From contig MU619274.1 of the NCBI GenBank assembly GCA_025201805.1, forward strand, positions 129,279 to 193,278: a stretch of DNA of 64,000 nucleotides, read 5' to 3'. Source of the stretch: Parasitella parasitica NRRL 2501 (Eukaryota; Fungi; Mucoromycota). The first letter of the stretch is position 1. The number at the start of each line of letters is the position of its first letter. Shown here piece by piece: positions 37,091 to 48,026 of this stretch. Made by a program: the position numbers and the translations under genes. The notes beneath the pieces were generated by a model. The model was not told where the DNA came from, made no database searches, and worked only from the letters and a program-made list of their open reading frames with translations.

Positions 37091-37490
37091 TTTTATACAA
37101 TATATTCTATAGTCGTCATTCACATGCAATTTTGGTGTAATATATATTACGTACATACATTCATACAAATATTGTATGTCCCCTCGCATTCTCCTTCATT
37201 TTATAACTTCATTATATCTTGCATAAATAAATCTTGATTACAAACAATCCCATAATCATTAATAAGTGATAAAACCTAACTTTTTATGCCTGTGTCACCA
37301 AGATGGTGGCTATCATATACACAGCCCCTTTTCTGAACGATGGCATTGCCTGTTAGATATGGTACCGTACAACCCTCACATACACATGAATAAGTATTAC
37401 ACAAATAAGTCATATAAATATAAATTGGTTTCTTTTTTTTTCTTTTTGCTGTATTTATTTATTTTCATTTGTTTTATCTTCCTATCTAAA

Positions 37491-38135
37491 ATGACCTTCA
37501 AGATTGCCATCATCGGTGCTAGTGGTAAGGCAGGTCAAGCTATTCTCAAAGAGTCTCTTTCCAGAGGTTTTCAAGTTACTGCCATTGTCCGTAATAAAAA
37601 CAAGATTACTCAGAGTGTAAATATTATCGAAAAAGAGGTGTTAGATCTTACAACAGACGATTTAAAGCAATTTGATGTGGTTGCCAATGCTTTTGGTTCT
37701 GCACCAGGACAGGAGAATAGCCATGTTACTGTAGGTAAGTTTCTCATCGGTCTCTTGACGGGATTATCCGATACACGTTTGATGGTGGTGGGCGGTGCTG
37801 CTAGTCTTTATATCGATGATGAGCTCAAGAAGCGTATATTGGATAAAGAAGACTTTTCTAAAGAATATCTCCCATTGGCAAAGGCACAAGCTCAAAATTT
37901 GACGGATCTCAAGGCTTCTGAGCATCTTAGGTTTACATTTGTCAGTCCTGCTATAAACTTTGATCCCAATGGTGCAAGAACTGGCAAGTATCAAACCACA
38001 AAGGATAGGGTGATCTTCAATAGCCAGGGAAAGTCCTATGTTAGCTATGCAGATTTCGCAGTTGCTTTTGTAGATGAAATTGAAAATCCTCAGCATTTGA
38101 ATTCTAGATTTGGTGTAATTTCTGAGCAGAAATAA
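37491..38135 (+). CDS. Intronless NAD(P)H-binding atypical SDR, Bacillus YwnB / flavin-reductase-like (214 aa)
   Basis: KIAIIGASGKAG..VTAIVRN, NAFGSAPGQE, VVGGAASLYID, TFVSPA..FDP.G.RTG.Y and SYVSYADFA.A.VDEIENP.H...RF.V. Confidence 0.9.
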   Translation: MTFKIAIIGASGKAGQAILKESLSRGFQVTAIVRNKNKITQSVNIIEKEVLDLTTDDLKQFDVVANAFGSAPGQENSHVTVGKFLIGLLTGLSDTRLMVVGGAASLYIDDELKKRILDKEDFSKEYLPLAKAQAQNLTDLKASEHLRFTFVSPAINFDPNGARTGKYQTTKDRVIFNSQGKSYVSYADFAVAFVDEIENPQHLNSRFGVISEQK

Positions 38136-38287
38136 ATCAATACTTCATATAATAAACAGATAATTAATATTAGATTGTATGAGGCATCCTGATTTCAGAA
38201 TAGAATCTGTCCATCTCGATGCTAACGACTCTGTACACTAAAATACTGTACCCGTACAATCGCAATACTGCACTTTTTAATTTACTT

Positions 38288-39790
38288 ACGAGCTTTTATA
38301 CACCCCCCCCCCGAACTACGGTGAAAATAATCGACCTTCGCTTCGCTACGGTGATATTTTTCGACCTTCGTTCTCATGGGGGGGGGTGGGGTGCACAGCT
38401 CGCGCCTGCAGCGGGCTGTCCCACTTAACACAACGCTAAATCAAACGAAATAAGAAACAATGAGTGGAAATAACATTTATGTATTGTATAAAGATATGAT
38501 ATATTATGATTATTTGGTATTTTTTGTTTAAATCCTCGAAGTTGGTTAATTTTGAAAAATCTCAGTATAGACAACGTTTGATGTATATACTCCTTCTTGG
38601 CTTGGGGTTGATGATGATTGACGAGCAACTAAAAATTTTGATGTCATCTGGCCTTTTAACTCGAGATAGAGCGACATATAATTGGCCATGCGAGAAAATT
38701 GAGACAGGAAGATACACCTCTACAAAGTCCAGAGTTTGACCTTGCGATTTATTTATCGTCATGGCAAAAGCTGGTCTGACATGGAACTGACAACGCTTGA
38801 ATTCTACGCCGACTTGCTCAACTATCGAGTTTAACGTAACTCTGGGTATGAGCACAACATTGCGTTGATAAGGTCCAGTTGCAACTTCAGCCTGGATAGT
38901 GTTCCTTGTGAATGCTCGACAAATAAGCCTTGTACCATTATAAACACCATGAGCAGGATCGATGTTTCTGAGCATCATGATTGGCGAGCCAATTTTCAAC
39001 TTGAGCTGGTGAGGTGGAAGACTACCACAGTTGAGAAAATTCATGAATTCTGATGGCAGCTCTAAAGCATCGTCTTCACTCAACGCCGTGTCAGTACTCA
39101 GGAATTCAGTGAATTCACTGGGAAACTTCTCAAGCATGAAGTCGTTTACTTTAGAAACAAAAGTATTGGTCGGTGTCAGGATGGCCTTCGACATTAAGTT
39201 GTCGCGGGTGGTATCAGCAGTGGGTGCAAAGTTGTTGTAAACATATACATGTTGGCAAAGGACAGAAATATCATTGCCAGACAGAAGCATATTATATTAC
39301 GGAATACGAATCAAGTCAGCTGTGTTGGGCTGAATAGGGAAGGAGCCATTGCCAATATCAAGCAAGAAATCAGCAAAATTTTGCAATGAAGTGGCCTATG
39401 CAGCGTTATGTAATGACATGGCTTGCTAAACTCTCATGCTTGTTGTTAAGCTGAGTACTTGTATATGCGGCCAAAGATTAAAGGTCAGAATGCATGCTTG
39501 AATGATTTCTTCTTTACTGCCATGAGGAACCATAGGTAAAATTTGAGAACAAATACAATAAATTTTCCTCCAAAGGGAAAATCTGCCTGTATTTCGTCTA
39601 CTTGAATATTGCTTCATGGCATCTTTAAATGTCCTGTCTACTGTTTCGAGAACATCACGGCTTTTCATCGATGCTTCATCCTAAATAAATAAGGCTTGTG
39701 CCAGGAGATCTTGGTCTCAAAAAACACACAGATGAATCATTGCAGTTAAGAAAAATTCCAAATCTTGAGTGAGCAGTACGGCCATCTTTT
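38288..39790 (-). mobile_element. Helitron remnant: decayed PIF1 helicase plus 3' terminus
   Basis: DGRTAHSRF, DEASM, FPFGG, LRNIDP.HG..NGTRL, FAMTINKSQGQTL and FSHGQLYVALSRV, with stops and frameshifts. The GC-rich terminal module ends AGCTCG|T on the - strand. Confidence 0.85.
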
Positions 39791-40754
39791 AACTGTAAAA
39801 CTTGTAATTTACTTAGAATAGAGACATCAAGAAAAAAACATAAATCTGACAAGCGTGTTGTTTTGCGATATCATGAGCGTCCTTCGGCTTCAACAGCATG
39901 TTTTAACTGCCTTCTATTCTCATAGACTCATGTTTGAATTGTTATAGGTTTTGTTGGCTCTCCTTTTCTTGAATAAAAAGAATTATGTTCGTTCCCACGG
40001 TTGCTATACTTGAGCGACTAATGATATGCAATATGTAGAGATGAGATTAAATAACATGTGGATATTTATGTTGATTCTTAATGAAAAACTCCTTTCAAAA
40101 AAAAAAAAAAAATTAATGATGAGATACAACACACAATTTTCATGGTCGCGATTTCATAAAAGACCCAGGGAATGTCATGATCCTATGCTACATTATAATG
40201 CCCATATCAACGAAAAACTATAATAAGAAATATATTTTCTCACGTGAAACAAGAAGCCCAATCATAAGGCAACTAATTATGAAAAGATGTGTCAGAATGA
40301 TATGCATCGGTTTTCCAAAACATACACAGACGACAGAAACATTTAGCCATTAAAGATCTGATTTGTTAGGATTTGGATCAAAGTGAAAAAGGAAAAACCA
40401 GGATTGATTTAGATTACACGATTTACAATGTCAAGAATAGGAGCAAGGGGCATAATTCTACGGATCACCAAAGTAAAAGACAATTATGGGTCAGAACTTC
40501 AAGATAAACTGATACAAAACTCTTTGTTTTATCAAGAGCTATTCATCTCAATAAATCAATAAATCAATTGTTTATCAACATTAAAAAATTCAGCTCGGGT
40601 GCTTTTTACACTAATTAAATCGAAACCAGATAGAAAAAAAAAGTATAAAAGTAGTGGAAATTTGAATTTCGCCTCTTTTCTCTTTTCTTTTTTTTTTTTT
40701 CTTTTTCTTTTTGGTACTTTTACCCTTTGAAGTTTCACCTATTTTATACTGCAA

Positions 40755-41472
40755 ATGTTGGCACTTCCTACCACAATCTCGAGAGAGGCAGTTCCTCCTG
40801 GTTTTATAGGTAAAGTTAAAAAGATTAATTGAATTGAATGAGGAATTATGTGATACCATCATTCAGGATTTGGTCCCTGAATTTTACTAATTTTAAACAA
40901 CGTTTTAGATTTTGCCTCCTCTTCGTTCGATGCTATTTTATTTCCTAACGCTCCTGTTGAAGTATCAACTGTGGCTACGCAGAATGATGGCGAGATCAGA
41001 AGAAGACCCTCTCATCTACCTGACCTTATCCCATTTATCCAACTTATCACCGATAAATGTGATGTTCAGCCTATTCATATGGTTATAGCGCTCATGTATG
41101 TCCAAAGATTTAGGAAATCTCTGCCTGCTGGTAAGTTTTTTTATTTTTATTTTTATTTTTCCACTAGTTCTCATGTTATATATAGGCTATAAAGCTGAAC
41201 CCGAAGCTGCTCATCGTATTTTCGTTGCCTCTCTTTTAGTTGCTAGTAAATATAGTGAGGATCGCTGTCTCTCTACGAAACAGGTTGTCAGAGCTACAGG
41301 CGATGTTTGGTCTATCAAGGAAATCACCCAAATGGAATTAGCTTTCCTGAGGTTTTTGCATTGGGATCTATATGTAAGTCATGAAGAGATAACCAAGTTT
41401 CTTCATGACTTAGGATTTGACAGTCGCTCTATTTTACCTAATCGCCCTATTCTGCTGGATGATACACTTTAG
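40755..41472 (+). CDS. Pho85-type (Pcl/Pho80 family) cyclin, two introns
   Basis: ALMYVQRF...HRIFVASLLVASKYSED...EITQMELAFLRFLHWDL cyclin box. Confidence 0.85.
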
Positions 41473-42308
41473 AGCACATGCTTCCATCTTTTATTGATAC
41501 CCTTCTTTTTACCTTTTAGTATTACTGTGATAATGTAAATAACAGTGTGTACATATAATAATTTTAGCAAGCACTATATAACTTAACCTCTTTTTATAAG
41601 AATATGTAAAACATTAAGTTAACACATTGTTGTATGAAGTAAAATAATAAAACAGACAGCTTCTCACGTTGAAGGATGATTCATAATCCGAAGCACATCA
41701 GCGTCATTGCAATCACATAATCTTAGTCATACAAATAAAAAATATTACTACTTTAGTCGCTCTAACATAGAAAAGCATGACAGAATTTCTACTCGAATCT
41801 GCATGCGGTGATCAGCTTCCGTTACTAGGCAGCGAACAAGTGCTCTGCTTTTTTTTTCGCCTATCAGACTTCTACAGCGTCTGATGACATATCATTTACT
41901 CATGTTGGCAGATATAAACTATCACGCACAGCTCATTAATACCTTACTTGATCAAACCTTACGTGGGATATATTCAATTACAAGACTGGCTCTCTGAAAA
42001 GTAAAGATGAAAGAGTATGTGCTTTAAATCCGGAAAGCGCAAAGTTGTATGTTATTCAGTTAAATTGTCTCGAGCTATTTATTAGTGTATCTATTTAATT
42101 TTACTATGAATTAAAACAAATGGCTCACCGCCTGATTGCTTAAATAAATCACAGTTACAAACAACAAGTTAAACTTTCCAATCATCTCACATCATTAAGA
42201 ATAAGGTTCCAAAATCGACCAACCTACCGACCAAATAAATAAATAATTGACCTAAATTTAAAAGTGCTTTCCTTTTATTTACTATTCAAATTTGAAATAA
42301 TTTTCAAT

Positions 42309-45300
42309 ATGAAGTTTGCTAAATATCTCGAATCTGAAAGTGTTCCAGAATGGAGAAAAGCCTACATTAACTATAAAGGACTCAAGAAACGATTAAAAGC
42401 TATAGAAAAAGTAAGTTTCGATCACAATTGATGCACTACATACATAGATAATACTAACGCATCTGTCAAATTATAAGTATCGCAAATTGAACCATGCGGA
42501 GGAAAATATTCGGCTGCAGAATACTATTCAAGATATTGACGACTTACAAGATTTAAATTATCCCAATAGACGAACGACGAATAATCCTCCCAGTAAACCA
42601 ACACGTACTCAATCTTCCATCATCGATAACAGATCTTCTGGGTTACAACCTCGAAGCCTCTCATCAAGCAATTTATTCAAGAGGTTTTCTTTTAGTTTTA
42701 AAAGACAAGACACGGAACTAGGCAGTGTAAATCGGCCCTCTATACCAGGTGAGTGTACTACAAGTCAGCCAATGTAGAAGGTTTCTTAAACTGTGAGATA
42801 GCTCATGAAATGCGATCGATATCTGTATTAGAAGAAGCCCTTAGACATGCAAGCGAGCCCGAACAGTATTTCTTTGTCATGTTGGATGGGGATTTGGAGA
42901 CAATATCTCGATTTTATGATGGTATGCATACATCAAATGATGGAAATTAGTTCTCTCATCTTACTTGGCGTGTTCGCTTTCCACTTAGAAAAGGAAAAAG
43001 AGGCCGAAGCTAAATATGATGCTCTAAAACTCCAGGTTCAGCTAATTCGAGATTTTGCAGTACAACTATCACATTTGCATGTAGGTGATGGTTCCAATTT
43101 TTTTGAAAGGCATCATGTTCATGTTATTTGCAATAGTCAGAACATGATATCATATCTGGTGATGGGAGGTTGAACCCTATGAATTGGTTCAAAGGAAGAC
43201 GGAGGTCAAATGACACCGACATTCCTAATCTGCCAGCTTCAATCGAGTACAATGGCGATCATCATATGAGCTACAATGTAGAAATCAAAAAGAAGTGTTT
43301 ATTCATACACGTTTTAACTAGTCTTTATTTCTCATAGGTAGCTAGAAGCAGACTGAAAAAGGCCATCACCGAGTATTATCGTAGTTTGGAGCTTTTAAAG
43401 TCATACAAGGTACTATGATATCATGTTTAAAATCATGTTAGACATTTCAATTAACATAAATATGCTCATGGCTATAGGTACTGAACGAAACTGGATTTCA
43501 GAAAATACTTAAAAAGTTTGATAAAACTGCCGGATGGAAAGCGAGCACTTTATACATGCAGAAAGTGCGGAGATATCACTGGTTAAAGTCGCAAAAATTG
43601 GACGAATTCTTGCATGATACAGAGAAACTCTACATTGACGAATTTGCTGACGGGCACCGTCGACGAGGCATGGCAAAACTTCGTATTCCTGAAAAGGATG
43701 AGCACTACACACCTACAACATGGAGAATTGGTTTTTACATTGGCTTATCTCTTGCATTTTTGGGCAGGGTAATACAGCTCGTCCTGGATCCAAATGTACA
43801 GCAACAGCTGCCCAACATGGAATACAATCTTCAAATTTACGCTTGTTTCAGCCTGCCCATTTTGTTTTGCCTTGGGTTCTCCATCAATACATTAGTTTGG
43901 ACAAGGTCGCATATCAATTACAAGTTTATCTTTGAGTTCGATCCTCGTGATAATCTCAACTATCACGAATTTGCAGAGCTCCCTTCGTTGATGCTGTTAT
44001 TATTATCATTTATCATGTACGTCGACTTTTCTCAATCGTTTGCGCCACTCATTCCCTCAGAACTATGCCCCTTGATCCTATTTGTCATCATGATGGCTGC
44101 TTTGACATGTCCATTTCCTATCCTGTACTACTCGTCTCGTCGTTGGCTCAGTCTGTCCTTAGGTCGCATCATATTAAGTTATTTCTTTCCTATCGAATTT
44201 CGCGACTTCTTTATTGCAGACGAGCTTAATAGTTTGGCCTATACGTTTTGGACGTTTTCTTACTTTGTTTGTGCTTATAATTTTCATTGGAATGATTTGC
44301 CTCTCAATTGTCCTGTCAAGATTTTCTGGTATACCCCATTCTTGGCTTGTCTACCTCCTTGGTGGCGTTTTATTCAATGCATTCGTCGATATCAGGATTC
44401 TAGAGAAAAGGTACATTTAGTAAATGCCCTGAAATACACTACAAGCATTGGATCTACATTGGCAACAGGTTATCGAAGAATGTATCGTAAGTGAGTCATA
44501 TTTGCTAGTATCATTGAGGCACTGAACTTGAATAATTCACAATTCTAGCAAATGCATCGATGGAAACAATTTGGATTTTATTTTGTATAATCAATTCTTC
44601 GTACACTTCTATATGGGACATCAGAATGGATTGGGGCTTGATGCAGCCTGGTAGCAAACATTTCTTGTTAAGAAACGATCTTGTATTCTACAGATGGACC
44701 TACTATGTAGCTGCTCCAATTAATATTATTCTCCGTTTTGCTTGGACACTCAACGCAGCTGGCTTAGGCTATAAGGGTGAGCTCATTGGCTTTGTCACTG
44801 CATTGCTGGAAGCATACCGACGTATTCAATGGAACTTTTTCCGTCTTGAGAATGAAGTAAGTTGGCAACATATCGTTTTGCGTTGAAGAGTGTACTAAAC
44901 CTAGAGACTACACAGCATATCAATAACTGTGGTAACTATCGCGCGATTAAAGAGATACCTTTGCCATTTGCTTTCCGTGATGTAAAAAAGTCGTCTGTTT
45001 CTGCTACAGAAGAAGGCAGTATTCATTTACCTATGGAGCAAAGCGAGATTCCATCGCCTGATGCTGCTGTCCTTCCAGGCCGTATGACTATGCCTTTCAT
45101 TGACAATGTAACGCCCGTTGGATCTTTCTATGGTCGTCGTGATTTCGAAAATAGGCAAGATATAGAGGATGGTATTAGCACAGGAGGCGCTAGTAGCAAT
45201 TTGATACGTCAGCCTTCTGTAGTGGGCGCTGTCTTGGAGCGAATCAAGTCGAAAAAGAACACAAAGGCTTCTGACTCTTCGGATACAGATTTAGATGATG

Positions 45301-45323
45301 AAGAAGAAGAAGATAGCGATTAG
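42309..45323 (+). CDS. SYG1: SPX-EXS phosphate exporter (SYG1/XPR1/PHO1 family), multi-exon
   Basis: SPX motifs MKFAKYL..PEWRKAYINYKGLKK and LNETGFQKILKKFDK. EXS motifs FRDFFIADELNSL, WDIRMDWGL and RRIQWNFFRLENEH. Confidence 0.93.
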
Positions 45324-46299
45324 AATTGTAATTTTATGTAAACTATATTTTGTGCCTATCTATATCATGAGAATAAAAGAATTTTAACGAGGTTAATAAA
45401 ATTCGTAACAATATTTTTTGGTCAGTTTGGTTCTATTTCTCTGGCGAGAGGGTGAGAGCGATGTTCGTCTTATCTCGGTTGGTGCCACGGATTTGATATG
45501 AATCAGAGGTCTCGTTGGTATTATATCAAACGACTTTGCCTCCATGAGTTTTCTTTCAATCTCACCATCACAAAGCCTAATAACTTATATGGCGAAATGC
45601 CTCACCTTCTCGAAGGTTGATCCAATATATGGTGCAACATCGTAAACACTTATGCCTGAAATACAATCAATCAACTATTTAAATTTGAAGAGATCGTTTT
45701 TATTTACTTCAACAGATGGCAGACATACTCTGTCAAATGGAATATTGTAATTGGAGATAATATTAGTTGATTAGAGTTTTACTTGGACCTTCATACAAAG
45801 CTAAGCATATTGGACGGACCAAAATTAGTGACAAAAATTGAGGCAAGGACCAACAAGAAATCAACAAGGTGATAGCAAGAACAACACAAACATTTGATAA
45901 AAGACAAGAAAAAAAGAGTACTGGAGGGAAGCTTCAGCAGTAGCCAAGACTTGAATTTGAATCGCAAACGCACATAACCCCAATATCATCAACTCCCACA
46001 AATACTCAAATAGCACAATCAACAGCACTTCCCTCCATTGGAAATCTCAAGAAATCTAAATAAAAAAAAAAAAAATCAGATATGAAATATACCAACAAAT
46101 TATAAATATCCAATCGACTGAAATGCTGAAAGATGAAAAGTTGAATGTGGGACTGAATAAATATCCTCAATAGATCACATCGCCATCATTTGTATACAAA
46201 ATTGCTGATCTAATCATGTTTCTGTCTTACTGCATTGCCACGAAGTCGAAAAAAAAAAAGAAACCACCCTTCGACTGATTTGAGATCAACATCAATAAT

Positions 46300-46450
46300 T
46301 AGACCAGACCATAGACCAGTAAGCCAGTAATCAAAAAACCAACCAAAAGTTCACAAGACCAGAACACCAGAACACCAGAACACCATTAGATCATTAGATC
46401 TTTAGATAATTAGACCATTGGACCATTGGACCATTAGATTCATTACCAGT
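46300..46450. repeat. Mosaic of 8-bp-period microrepeats (CCAGAACA, CATTAGAT, CCATTGGA)
   Basis: Directly visible tandem units. Confidence 0.75.
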
Positions 46451-46935
46451 AGGAGAAAAACCTTTCGGACCAGATCAAGAGATATCATGATACTAAAATT
46501 AGCCTAGCAAATATAAGAGAAAATGTTTCTTTGGAAACATACACAATATTGTCGAAAAAGGGATAAAAACTATGCTTAAAGTGTTTGCTACATAGAATTA
46601 CTTGGATATTCAAAGAACCGTAGAAGAATCTTATTGAAAGGTTATCACTTGAATGTTGCAAACGAAAGAATGGATGAGTGGGATGAGGTTAAAATTTAAA
46701 CTTAACAGAATGGATAATCAAGGAGAAACGCCAAGCAAGATTATTTCTGTACACTTGTCGTGAGTGTAAGTGGAATTGTAAGGACTTAACCGAAGGGAGA
46801 GCCCACGGAAATCAGCTGTAGTCGTACGCAAAAAGAAAAAAAATGAGTGCAAACATGTCGGCTTGTAACTTATCAAAACACCACTATAGACGAAGGCAGA
46901 ATAAGAGAATCAAGGAGGCCTATCGGTAGCATCAT

Positions 46936-47035
46936 TAGAGGAGAAACCATCAGAGGAGAAACCATCAGAGGAGAAACCATCAGAAGAGACACCACCAGAA
47001 GAAAAGCCTTCAGAAAAGAAACCGTTAGAAGAAAA
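46936..47035. repeat. 15-bp tandem repeat AGAGGAGAAACCATC, three exact-like and several degenerate copies
   Basis: Directly visible. Translates as SSDGF repeats on the - strand or RGETI repeats on the + strand. Confidence 0.8.
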
Positions 47036-48026
47036 CCCAAATAAGAAAATAGAAATATATTGATGAGAAAAAGAGTTTAATGTTTGCAAGCAATAATGCA
47101 TCTTATTTATACTCTTTCGGCATTTTTTTTTCGCCCACAAGCAGGTGATCAATGAAGTGGACAAACAGAATTCGTTACCTGGATACCCTATTTGGATAGA
47201 CATAAAATCAAACTTTCCATTTTCGATAGTGCCTTCACCAATGAACATGAGCTTGATGCTGCATGATGATGTTTAGGCCTCAATATGATATTCCTCCCAC
47301 ACAGAGCATGAATAAAAAAGTCTGACAAGCGTTTCATCTAATAATGACATTATGCAGCAGCCTGGTCTCCGTCAAGAGGTCCTCGGGCTAATATGTTACC
47401 CTGAATTCTTGTGATGGACTTTATCTTCAATGTCTTACCAGTATTCGTAGGTACAGAATTACCAAGCGGAAAATTATACAAGGCGCATCACAGATCGCTA
47501 ATTTTAGCAGGGTGTTAGGTCAGGCATGTGTCTCTGGTGGCTTGATCGTACATGAGGCAATGTTTTGCTCTGCTTTGAAGGATCATGGCAAGAATATCAT
47601 AATAGGGAAGATATCTACACTAAAGGTGCACGAATGTTCGATATCTAAAAGAGTAAAAAGACATCTCGGTGAAATTTTATCACTCTTTTAAACTAGTTTC
47701 CTGATGATGATTATCATATTGTAGCTAGATTCTGTTTATAATCCATCAAAATAGATTGTGTATCAAAAGAGCGTCGTACCACGCCATATCAACACAGCAA
47801 CTTTTTTAGAACATAAATTTTTTTCAGATTCTTCATTGGACGTCCTGGTTCATTGGTTCAACAAAGATGTTAAAAGGCTGGTATAATATTAAACGTCTTG
47901 TTTCTCAATCTTACAGACTTCTTTTTTCTTTTTCTTTACAGAAAGATAAACTTTTTGGTTTGATTTTTCGTTTTCTTCGTATATTATCTGCTTTAGCTAA
48001 GGAAACCGTAGAAAGCAAATCGCACA

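Noticed and set aside
37491-38433. YwnB-like gene as Helitron-captured cargo
   Set aside because: The Helitron 3' terminus (CTCG|T near 38288) lies between the helicase and the gene, so the gene is about 150 bp outside this element.
46300-47040. CRISPR-like array
   Set aside because: The repeats are contiguous with no unique spacers, and the context is eukaryotic with no cas genes.
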